A stretch of 64,000 nucleotides of DNA, from assembly GCA_013115145.1 (NCBI GenBank), contig JAAPAO010000053.1:36717-100716 (forward strand), written 5' to 3'. Position 1 is the first letter of the stretch. The number at the start of each line of letters is the position of its first letter. The notes beneath the pieces are model-generated. The model made no database searches. It was not told the origin of the DNA and saw nothing but the letters and a program-made list of their open reading frames with translations. The stretch comes from Perkinsus chesapeaki ATCC PRA-425 (taxonomy: Eukaryota > Protista > Perkinsozoa). Shown piece after piece: positions 1-11,200 of this stretch. The position numbers and the translations under genes are program-made.

Positions 1-104
1 CCTCAACAGAGACTCTATCGGTCAAGTCGCAATGGATGACAGCGGGCGGTACGGCCCCTTCGCCTTGTCTCTCTGCTAGAACTCTAGAGATGTCATTGCC
101 GGCT

Positions 105-2600
105 TCAACGTCTCGAACCAGGAGGACCTACCGTACGTCTTCCTCCCGACAAGCTTCCAGTCTTACCAGCGACACCTGTGGTTGATAACGGCTGAGTATC
201 TCTGTAACGGCTCGGCCGACCCCCGATGTCGCTCCTGACAAATGAGACCATCCAACCGACCAGGCACGGATCGAGCAAGGATCGAGCTAAGATCGATGGG
301 TTCTTGTAGGGGAAACGTTGCTCCCAATGCAAACGTGCAAGCTCCTCGTCAAGCAGTTGAGTGCGCTGTTCCCGCAGCCGGCGGGAACACCGAGGACTCT
401 TACCCGTAATGGCTATCCGGAACTTCTTATTGGTGTGATTCAACGCAGCACCTCGGCAAAGTCCGACAGCCTTGGTGCAGGCTGTCACAATATTGCTATA
501 TCGTCTAAAGGCCATCGCCCCCGCACCAGTGACAGTCCCCACCAGTGCCCATGCTGCAGCTCCGATCGCCATGCCTAACTGCGACCAACTTCCGAAGATG
601 CCTAACGCAACTAAAGGGGACAGAGAAGAAACTCTAAGTAGCAGCGCAGTTCCTGTGAATGCGAATCACACCAGGCTTCTTCGGCCCCGGGCTGCCGCAA
701 TGCCCATCATCATCTGCGCTGTGGGCACAATTTTGGCAGATTCGACCGATCTCGATCACTCTGGTGCTGCCGACTGTGAGCGAGCCTCCACACTGGGCAC
801 AGGTCTTACAGTCTTTGCATTGCCAACGATCACAGGGCAACTGAAGAAGAAAGGACTTCATAGTAGTAGTAATAGGACACAGGCCTCTAGTTTAGGAGGA
901 CTAACGCCAAGTGAAGTGTGTTTACGGTACGCAGTGCACTACAAGCCTAGCCTTCACCGCAGCGAACATGCTTAATCTTCGGATGTGTTCTATCGTCCAC
1001 ACATGATAATCTACAACGTGACATTTAATGCATTCTATGACCACTTATGTCAACGGAGATACAGTACTAACAATTACATCAATTACAAGTAAATTATTAA
1101 TCAGACGGCCTTCTCCATCTCCCCTACCATGAGGGTCGACGCCTCCTCTTGGCTCATCCCAGCACACTCTGGATGGAACCTCCTATTACAATCAGTACAC
1201 ACCGCCGTTGCCTCCTCATCTGCCATCGAGGAGCCACAGATCACACACGCCTGAGCCGGGACAGCTTTACAGTAACCATTTGAGATGGGACTATTACCGA
1301 GCATTCTTGGCACTTCCAATGAGATCCTTCTGAATACCTCCTCACCAACCGGACGTCCAGCGGGGGGTCGCAGCAGAATGCATGACAGTGGCGACCACAG
1401 GCAGTGCAGTGGAGCATGTACTGAAAAACTTGGAGTACGGAGATCGGTGAGGTGCTAGTAGAGACCCATCTGATATTAATCTTTAACTCCGAGGAAATTT
1501 TCCTGCCACGTTTTGCTGTTCCAACCTATGCCTAATGTGAATGACTTTGACGAGGACCTGCTGGCGTCGGTATCAAAGTGGTTCCATATATGAACCGATG
1601 CCGTTCTAGTTGGGAGAGACGATATGAAGGTTGCTTTGTTGGGTCGACTGTGGTGCCTTATCCTATTCCCACGGTGATAGCTTTTGTTATTGCTATTTAT
1701 TATGTTCAATTCCCTCAACAAAGTCAAACCCTGTCTAAGTTGACAAACCTAAGCTCGTATGTAATAGTAAGATGTAGAAGCAAGGATGTCTACGCAAAGT
1801 CCAATGTAATTTCACCACATAACGAGCACTGGTAGCTCTACCTCCTGCTGATGTGAATGCAAACAGGTGCTCCACGCACACCGGTACGCAGGCTCGGAGG
1901 AGCTATCGGTAGGCTCCGAGGAAGGGGTCGCTGCTGAAGCATGATCAGAGGAAAAGACGGTATGAAGTTGCCGGCCTACTGCTTCGCCGGACAAGGTGCT
2001 TGTGGAGCTCCTCAGTAGGGCTCGAAGGCGTCGCTACTCTGCAAAAGGGACATTCTCGACCACATTGCCAAGTGATTACCGGCGGGCCTTGCGCCTATGT
2101 AATGATCCAAGCTTGTGTACGTCAGCTGAGGTAAGGGAACTGTCGTCGGGGGTAGACATAATAAACTGCATAATAGTGAGGATAATATTATATACAGGGA
2201 CTGCTAGGGATCCGTCCATCTTCTTGGCAGATGATCTATCTAGTGGAAAAAGCCGAATATTCTGAGCTCCTCGATGCCATACAGTCTACAATAAGCGTAT
2301 AATGAGAATTATTTTCTTTATAGTGCGACGGTTGCCACTACAGTGATGTGGCTGCGGGCAGCTTAGTCTAGTGCGGGTTAAGGTAGATGTATGGTACAGC
2401 ACCAGACAGATAGAGGGAAAGTATCGTACTACCAGTCACACAGAGCCGATCAAGCGAATGGTGGCCTATGCAGATTCAAGCGGGGAGGAAATACGCAGAC
2501 GCTTCAGTGCAGTCCAGTAAAAGGATTAGCCCCTCAAGCTCGCAGGTAGCACAACGGCCTTGGGAAGTGAAATACGGTCCCGCAACTCAGCTAGCAGCAC
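105..2600 (-). CDS. Multi-exon PHD/ePHD zinc-finger chromatin protein resembling the KMT2C/D (MLL3/4) N-terminal PHD cassette; span approximate
   Basis: Splicing minus-strand exons at GT-AG sites gives YMLHCTACGRHCHAFCCDPP...HWKCQECS|ACVICG...VCTDCNRRFHPECAG...STLM|LPCDRWQCKDCKTCAQCGG...ICQNC, i.e. tandem C4HC3 fingers; further Cys-rich pieces upstream (CATC, CPFC, CAWSTCLHSH, CSLC). Confidence 0.7.
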
Positions 2601-2660
2601 CGCACCGAACATGAGCAGGTTAGATTGAGTCTTGGAAATAGAGGTAATAAGGTGATTACT

Positions 2661-4137
2661 CTACGATGAGTACTTATAGCGTACATGCTGACCGAATTGG
2701 TATGCATAAAGTGCTGCTCCATTGGCAATAAAGGATCGGGCCACCCCTGGCAGCAGTCCCCTATACAGCGTGATGCTCCATTGGCAATAAAGGATCGGGC
2801 CACCCCTGGCAGCAGTCCCCTATACAGCGTGATGCTCCATTGGCAATNNNNNNNNNNNNNNNNNNNNNNNNNNNNNNNNNNNNNNNNNNNNNNNNNNNNN
2901 NNNNNNNNNNNNNNNNNNNNNNNNNNNNNNNNNNNNNNNNNNNNCCCCTATACAGCGTGATGCTCCATTGGCAATAAAGGATCGGGCCACCCCTGGCAGC
3001 AGTCCCCTATACAGCGTGCTGCTCCATTGGCAATAAAGGATCGGGCCACCCCTGGCAGCAGTCCCCTATACAGCGTGCCTGAAAAGGAGGAGCGGTTTGA
3101 TACTGAGGGGAAATAGACGAATGATATCGAATAACAGCGGTCATTTCAAGTGACCAATAAAGTGGAGCCGTGATGGTTTTGAATAGCCTTGTGACCGAAT
3201 CCAAGGAAACGTCCAAGGAATATAATAAGCTGGATAACATCGATACTTAAGGGCAACCAGAAGCGGGGCGAAGAAGTCCATTACGAGGACCAGTCTCCGA
3301 AGAACACTATAAGAGCATGTACTTAACGAATTTACCGATGTCACTGAATATAGGCAATTGAGTTGAACTAATTCAGACAAGCAAAGCCCGAGCCTTTCAC
3401 TTGGGGCCCATACCTCCAATATTACCATTCCTAGCACACTGCCACAGTAACGTCGCCATTCCTGCGGTTTGCCGGTGTCCCGCTTGAATCTGTGACTTCA
3501 CCACATCCAATGGCCACACTATACACCATGCCAACGTAGCGGCAATGCCTCCCTTGAGGAACGGATGGGCCCCGAAGAACTCTGGACTCTTAGCTTGGAA
3601 AGCCTCAGCTATGACAAAAAAGTTCCCCAACAGAAGTACGTTACGCGCCGTAGTGGCCGAGAACCCTAACGTGAGCTCACGAGCGCTGTAGGAGGAACCA
3701 AGCTGCCGTCGGGTCTTCATCAACTCCAAAGGAGCCTCTACGACAGCCCGGGACAGGCCAGAGGCGAGCCCACCGACCAACACCCGAGGCTCCAGGAATC
3801 CCCCCAGCTTGGTGTGCTCGAACCAAGTATCCTTGAGGCTGGCGAATACCACACCGTAGGATGCAAATTGCAATGACCGAAACATCAGACTGCCGATGAA
3901 TGGTGGAAGGAAGCCTCTGTAGAGGCCATGGACGCCATGGTCCAGAATAGTGGTGCGGAAAGTCCTGAGCATACCGGCGCTCTGGAACTGAGGCTGGGCT
4001 TGCATTTTAGTTTTAATGGTGTCCAGCGGATGCCCCATTATAACACTAGTACCTCCGTAGAGCACTCCACAGCCCAGAGACCACATACCTTCTCGGAAGG
4101 CTGATCCAGAGCCTACTAGTCGCCCAACCTCGGACAT
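2661..4137 (-). CDS. Mitochondrial carrier (SLC25 family); last exon disrupted in this assembly by a tandem repeat and gap
   Basis: Three Px[DE]xx[KR]x[KR] signatures (HPLDTIKTK, APLELMKTR, WPLDVVKSQ) and LYRG motifs in ORF 3397..4299; intron about 3409-3079; final exon reads TLYRGLLPGVARSFIANGAALYAYQFG. Confidence 0.92.
2715..3078. repeat. 59-nt tandem repeat (at least 4.5 copies visible, spanning an N gap) derived from the carrier's last exon
   Basis: Unit TGCTCCATTGGCAATAAAGGATCGGGCCACCCCTGGCAGCAGTCCCCTATACAGCGTGA starts at 2715 and 2774 and resumes after the gap; the minus strand encodes LYRGLLPGVARSFIANGA. Confidence 0.95.
2848..2944. other. Assembly gap
   Basis: Run of N inside the 59-nt repeat. 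Confidence 0.99.
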
Positions 4138-4439
4138 TTGAAAAGCAGACCGAATAGACGACTGGGAGCTGCTTATTGCTCCACCGAAAAAGGATGTAGC
4201 ATTACCGCTTAGATTGATAAGGGCGAGATTCCAAAGCACCTTTGTATATTCTATATTCATAGGAGTCCACAACCACCCTTCTGCCACAAAGGCATTCACT
4301 ACTACTTTAAACTCAGGGACTTAAGAGAATCAGAGAAGCATTAGTAAATGATAAGGTATTCACTTTTGTTGTTGTATTAAGTGACTCTAAACAGAGGTAT
4401 ATTACTATGGCTTTTTAAACGGCCAGAACCGCTCCAGCT

Positions 4440-7400
4440 CTTTACATGTACTTTAACAAGAAGAATAACTGATAGGAACAGTGTGCATCTGGGAATAGAG
4501 CTACTCGTTATTATTACCATCATAGCTGCAGGTTGGCCAGTGAAACAGAATGTTATCCAGAAAAGGCAGTTGCCGAAATTCGGCCTGTCCTTGATGAACT
4601 TCTTCTCAGTTAGGGACATGAGAGGGACCTGCATAATATCCATTAGTCAGAGTCGCTACCACTACTACAAATACTATTATTATTCACTACTTAGTAAGCC
4701 CGAAATTGAACACTATTAACTAGCCTCAGGAGCTATGAATATCTATGTACGGAGGTATGTGCAAGGGTTTCACAGCGAACAACAGTTGAATAGTCCAAGC
4801 TTTTTGATTATACGTGAAAACCCATAACAGTGCTATAATCCCACAAGGACCATGAAAGTATAAAATAACGAAATATATATAAACTGAAGTATGCTGTAGA
4901 TCACGCTCCCCTGTGCAAGGTGGGGAAGACAGCAACTTGCCTGTGCTATGAACATCTGAGTGACAAGTGTGTAGAAGGGCAGGCCAAATGGTATCATAGA
5001 TACGTATTCGTGAAGTACGCCAGAGAACACCTAAATGGCCGCAAGATGTCATTGATCGAGCAGGAGATCCGAGCCTACGAAACAGAGCATTCCGGCAGCG
5101 TCTTGAGACAGTCCGAGTCTTCTCATGGGAACGTACATGTGACGCAGTATAAAGTAGTGGACCTGGAAATGAGTTGTAAGGAATCTTAACTTGAAGCTTG
5201 TTTTTGGCTCACAGGAAGATTCCATTTCTGCCAGTATTCTCTAAAGCTGACAGAGTTCCACCAATCAAGATAGAACTCGCGGTCACCGAATCTGGTGATC
5301 TCAGCCAGTATATCTGAAGGGGCAAGAGCTTTCGCATAGATCCAGCAAATGGCAGCAGTGCGAACTAGCCAGGTGTTGCTTATTCGGCCCTATATTCTTC
5401 TACAAGGCATGGGGAGCCCAGGACAAATAATATAATTATGGTCATAAATAACTATCAAATATATGTAATCATTGGATAATAATATAGCGATGTTAAAACA
5501 GTAGCGCAAGGTGAACGATTTTGGCTCATAGAGATACCATATGGGGACAGGCGACACAACTTACTCATCCACACGTGGAACAACGTGAAGAACATTAACA
5601 GCCAGCAATAGAGGTTAGGAACCGCGAGCTTGAGCACACGTTCGGCAATAATCCTGACAAACAGCAGCATCACCAATATAGACAGCTTCAGTGGAGACTA
5701 TTTATTATTATTATTACAATGTACTCTGGTACCAGCTCTTAGACTCATTTAGCATTATACGTGCATTAACCAGGATCGGCAACATATACCTGAATGGAGG
5801 TAGAGGAGTTGACATTGCATAGGATAGCACTAGAAGAAGAAGGCACCGCCACTGTCTTGGATGATTTGGAACCATCCGCAGCTGTGAATACCTATCCGGG
5901 TTTTTCGAAAACCCGAAACCCGAATCGAGTCATCAGTGGAAGTATGTAAATAGAGCTACGTGACTAGTACAAATAATCCCTATAGCGAGCACTAAACAAC
6001 CACACCACTTTGACGCTCGGAACTGCTACGGCAGCGGTATGATATATATAATAGAAAGGTGAGCTGAGAAGTGACCATGTAGTTTGTTGGATGCTACTTA
6101 CTGTTGAACAAGAATAAGCTGTAGAGCCATGCAGAAGAGCAACAATGCTGTGTACTTGGCCAGTCTCACCCACTAAAGAGGAAAACAGCAATAAATAGAG
6201 GATTAATAGGCGGCACTTACGTTACGAGCAGGATAACGGGGATACCACAACTGATAGCACAGAGTAGGATAAGCTATGAACATGTACCTGGCGAGAGATG
6301 GAAGGCTTCCACATTACAACAACAAGAAGAAAAATACAGAGGAAAGGCTTCCTATAGTCTGATATAAAACAGCGGAGCGTAGCGATCCTTTTCTAGTTAC
6401 GCTGTAAATTATTTCTCTCAAAAATACTTGCAATCATTCTTGACTATTGCTGAATCCCTATGAAACTTACATATCTTTCAACGACAGGCATTTAGGATAC
6501 TTCCTGGCAACTTCGAGAGTCTCCTTCTCCTCGGCCAAGAGCATCTGAACAAAGCCGTTAGAAACTTACCAAAGATACCATCAAGCATCCTACCTCCAAT
6601 TTGCCTTCCTTAACGGACCAGTAAAGGTCATGGCAGACGTGCCAGTAACTAGCGAACGATGCTTATCGGAAATTTTAGACATACGAAAGCTCACCTGACG
6701 ATCTTCATAGCGTACGTGACAGAGCAGCACAGGAGTCCACATGCTAGCAGACCATTTGGATATGTCGCTGAGACATGACCCAATATAGATAGACAAGATG
6801 CCCTATATTACTTTCGATAGTGTAAAGTGGTCCAAGTAGAACGAGAAGAAGCACGCATGTTTGAAGGGTATTCGCGAGCTTACGGTCCTTTTGTTTCGGT
6901 GCTATGTACCTAAAAGAGAAACCGTACAGATGAAAGTGACATGGCATACGGGGGTGCTAGAGTGTATAGCAGACCACATGCCCATTAAGCTGAATCCTAA
7001 CGGAATGACATGTCTGACACCTATAGCTGTGAGCAACTACTGCTAATACACATAAGAATACGTACTACTACACATTGATATATAATGGACTACATAAGAA
7101 GGTATATAAGGGTACATAAAAATATAAATTAAACATATTAATATATACGGCAAGATACCACCAACTGCTACCACTCCTTTATATTACCTCTCTATAATAT
7201 AACTCAGAGCTGGACAACATAGCACTAATGCTAGAGTATATAGTAGTGGAAGATGATGACGGAGGTTGTTTATGGAAAGATACTCCCAAGGTCGTAATAG
7301 TATACCGTACTTTATAAGATTCTCCAATACAAGACGGAGATTAAGTGCCTAGAGAAGGCTCTACAATCCTAGCCATTATGCAAGGCACTTACCACTAATA

Positions 7401-7928
7401 ACAAGCACATAAGGTTAACAATACCGCGGTAGTTGGTGTTCTTGGCGCTCATACCGAGAAGGGGTGGCTACACCAACAATTGTCGCTTCAATGAGGCGAG
7501 AGCGGTATAAACTTACGCAGCATTTCCTATTGACAACACGCCCTAACGGATGGGATCGTCTGAGCCTACGAAGCTCCTTCTCTCGCTTAGCGGCCTCGTC
7601 AGCATCAGCGGTGGTAGAGGCGGCCTCTTTAGGCTTCTCCTCCTTAGTCTGTGACGCCTAAACAGTGTAACTTCACCAAGCCGCTGGGATGCTGCCAACC
7701 TACCTGTGTTGGTATCTTTTCAGCATCGCTTTGATAAATGCTGCTGACTTGGTTGAATGTACCGGCCTTTTCGACCTCTATCCGCTTTAGTTTCTTCTTG
7801 GAATCCTCACCAAGCTCTACGGGTTTAGAACCTGAGCTTAGATACGCCCTCACCAGCACGACGCCCCTACCTTCTTTATTAGACATGCCTTTGAGAGTAT
7901 CCGCAGCTGTAGAGAAAAAACTACTCAT
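4440..7928 (-). CDS. DGAT1: Diacylglycerol O-acyltransferase 1 (MBOAT family), multi-exon
   Basis: Exon motifs [70 protein letters not shown] (catalytic His) and [15 protein letters not shown], in the expected order. Confidence 0.92.
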
Positions 7929-7929
7929 A

Positions 7930-8200
7930 CGAAATAAAGCTGACACCTCTAGCTATTGAATACTGCTCATCACTTTAAGTACATCCCTACACTAGCGTGG
8001 CTAAGCTACTTGGAAGAGAGCAGAGAATGCGCTGGGGCGCGCGGTCACCGATATCGATTATACGGGCGCGCGCTTTTTCAAATATGCGATCGGCGCAGGA
8101 TCGTCGGCGTTGACGGAAAGACTGCTTTTGAAGTGGCGTTTGTACATTGTACTTTTCAGCTATTACTACTTTGAAATCTGTCTGCACTACGACTCTTCCA
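7930..8200. promoter_or_regulatory. Candidate bidirectional promoter between divergent DGAT1 and coiled-coil genes
   Basis: About 270 nt between head-to-head ATGs, containing GCGCGCG tracts flanking CGATATCG; positional inference only. Confidence 0.3.
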
Positions 8201-8201
8201 T

Positions 8202-11200
8202 ATGGCCGTATTGTACACTACTCTTACAATTACACTGTAAGGCCCTAATAGGCACTTGTAGAGCTCATCTTTGCTTCGGGAAATTGCCCTACGACCGTCG
8301 GTTCCCTTTTCAGGTCTTTGTCATCAACCTGGGCTATAGTGGCCCCGCAGCCTGCACTGACTACTAAGGTCATACCGCAGAGTAAGCTGACGAACTCACT
8401 GAAGATTATTTTTACGGGTTTTCCATCAGATGTGACCACTTCCCTCATCCAAGCCCTTGAGAACGCTGAGAGCAATCTCAACGACATCGAGAACGATAAA
8501 AGGTGGTCTAGCTGCCAGGCGAACCAGAAGGATTGGGACTGTCAAAAAGTTCGGTAAGAACTCATCCCCATAGACGTCGCAGCAAGGGCATCTCGTTCAG
8601 ATGGGACGCTCTGAAGGTCCTCGAAAAGGACCAAGTAGAAGTGGCCATTCTCATTCAAAAAGCCTTTGATATCAACCTAGCCGTTACCAAGGGCATCAAC
8701 GGCCGTCAGAAGGACATTGATGAGCTCAAGGACGCTTTAAGTACGTCGGCACCCTTCTAATGGTCGCAGGGGCCATGTCGCGTTTCATCGTTCAGATGGC
8801 CCCGACGGTCTCGTACAGAGAGCCAAGACCATTGCCGATGGTATCCTCCACACTAAGGTGAGTTCCTCAAGAGCTCCTCTTGCCTACGTTATCGCTTTGC
8901 TATCAGTCTACCATACACGACCAGGCCGAGGCTATTAGCACCCAAGTCAAGAACTTAGCTGATCAGTTGAAGGTGGAGGTTACAATGATTCAAGAGGTGG
9001 GACGATGAGGGCAACAGTGAAAGAGTAACTCTTTACCTTTCAGCACGTCGAGACCAAGCTCCATAATCTCAACGCAGCTAGTGCGAAGCTCATGAACGAT
9101 CAGATGGGCCTCGAGGTGAGCCCTCCCTCTAGGGTGTCCCTGTTACTGTTTGTGTGCAGATGAAAGCCCTGCAAACTAGCGCTGAAACTGTGAACGCTGA
9201 GGAGGCCAGTATTGCCCAACAGGCAACTCAGAATGCTAACCAGACCAACGCTGAGATCGAGCAGACTCGTGGAGAGGTCTCTGAGTTCTCCGCCAGTGTG
9301 AGGGACGAGTTCGACCAACTTGCACAGAGCCTCGATGAGGAGGAAGATACGATCAAAGCTGAGGACCAAGAGAGCAAACAGAAAGACCGCGAAATGAAGA
9401 GCGCTTGGAAGGCCGAGCTTCAGACCAGCGTCAACGAGGGCTTCAAGAAGGCCCAACATTCCTTGGATGGCGCGCAGAAGCAGCTTGATGAGAAACTGTC
9501 CTCCATGACCAAGGAGCTTGAACATCATAGAGAGCAAAGTGTGGCCGCCACTGAGAACGAACAGAAGGCGACTAATGAGGAGCTGAAAAACGACCTTAAG
9601 AGCATCAACTCGAAGATTGAGAGGCTTGCTGAACAAAGCATGGGCGATGTCAGTGCCTTGGAGAAGAAGAATAACGCTACTCTTGAGAGCATCAAGAGCA
9701 CTCAAGAGAGGACACTAAAGGATGTACAGCGGACTACTGATGACAATGCCGCTGGTGTCAACGCCCTCGATGAGGAGGCCCGAGTGGTCAGAGCTGAGTC
9801 TGAGGCCGAGCTAGATGAGGCTAGAAATAGCAACACCCAGGGCTTCAGGGAGCTACAAAACAGCGCCGCCAGCGCACAACGAGCTTTGACTAAAGATGCT
9901 AGTGCCCAGTTTGAGAAGGCCAACCAGGAGATCGCTGCCCAGGGAGCCGAAGCTAAGCAGAAGGGAATGCAGGACTCGAAAGAGCTTGAATCTGAGATCA
10001 ATAGTCTGAAGGTCTATACAGCTAAGGGAGGCAAGAAGAACGCTGAGGGCCTTGGTGATGCCATCAGCGAAGTTGATCACATGAAGAAGCTTCTCACTGG
10101 AATGATCAAGTCCGGTGGTGATTCTAACGACCAGCGGAGGCAGATGGTCGAGGCTATGTTCGACGGTGAGCTGAAGGACACTGAAGAGACCAGCAGGGAG
10201 ATGTCCAGAAGCGCTGCGGCTCGAGATCATGCACTCAGCCGTTCTCTCTCGAAGGAGATGGGCACTGCTAATAAGGAGCTCCATGATGAGATGCGGAGGA
10301 CAAGAGACGAGCAAGAAGGCGCAGTGTAAATCAATACCGCCATGCGTTTTAGCGAGGTTATTTATTTTCAGCGGAAAGCTCCAACAGCGTCAGATCACAA
10401 ACAGCCAGAAGTCTCAAGGAGACATGAGAAGGCTTGGCTTCGCTGTAGAGGAAATTGAAGGAGGAGTTGAGGAACAGAAAGATGCTGGTGATGTAAGTGA
10501 ACGCTATGAACAACAACGCTTGATACAGTTATTGATACGAATCACCTCTTAGCAACTGGCCCAGTGGATCAATAAGGTCGAGGCATCCGCGGAGGACTCA
10601 ATGAAGCAGCTTGGCACCCAGATCGACTCATCCAAGGCCTTGGAGAAGAGCGAGATTGGTGAGCCCTTGGAGACTACGCTTGACATAACTGGCAGAATCT
10701 TATTTGGATCAGATAACGTTCGTGATAAGATGGCAGCTGATTATGCATCCTTAACTGATGGAGAGAAGGCAGCCATTGACAGCAGAAAACAGAAGATCCT
10801 ATCCGCCTTCACCGGGGACCTGTCGGACGCCCAGGCGAAGACGCATGTGAGTTCTCACGCTTGAAGGTTCGGAGTGAATATCTTCGGCCTGATTACAGGA
10901 CACCATGAACCGACTCCAAAGCGACGCCGATAGGCAGAAGCAGCTCCTCGCCAACGACCGTCTTGATGTCGACAAGCTCCTCAAGGAGACCCAAGAGTTG
11001 TCGGCTACAGTAAGGAAAGAGCGCTTTGTATGGATTCATCGTCGAATTCGCTTCTTAGGGCAACGCGGAGTTCGAGCAGTTGGAGGCAGCTCTTAGCCAG
11101 AAGACAGATGATGCCAACATCGAGCGTCAACAGAAGCTCGCTGGTGTGAAGGATAATGTCAACAAGGAGCTCAACGAGCTTGAAGGAAGGCTCTCTGGGG

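Noticed and set aside
200-450. Plus-strand TLTRNGYPELLIGVIQR resembling a Penelope-like retroelement thumb region
   Set aside because: The frames are broken, no RT core or GIY-YIG domain follows, and the minus strand is better explained as exons of the PHD gene
2060-2280. Minus frame VPVYNIILTIMQF...VHKLGSLHRRKARR resembling an L2/CR1 RT C-terminus
   Set aside because: Most of it is a GT...AG intron (gtatataat...cctcag) of the PHD-finger gene, and there are no RT catalytic motifs
2715-3078. Possible CRISPR-like array
   Set aside because: Units are contiguous with no unique spacers, no cas genes are present, the context is eukaryotic, and the unit is carrier coding sequence
4330-4350. CAGAGAAGCATTAG similar to the U6 snRNA ACAGAGAAGAUUAG box
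   Set aside because: Short imperfect match; the flanking sequence lacks the rest of U6
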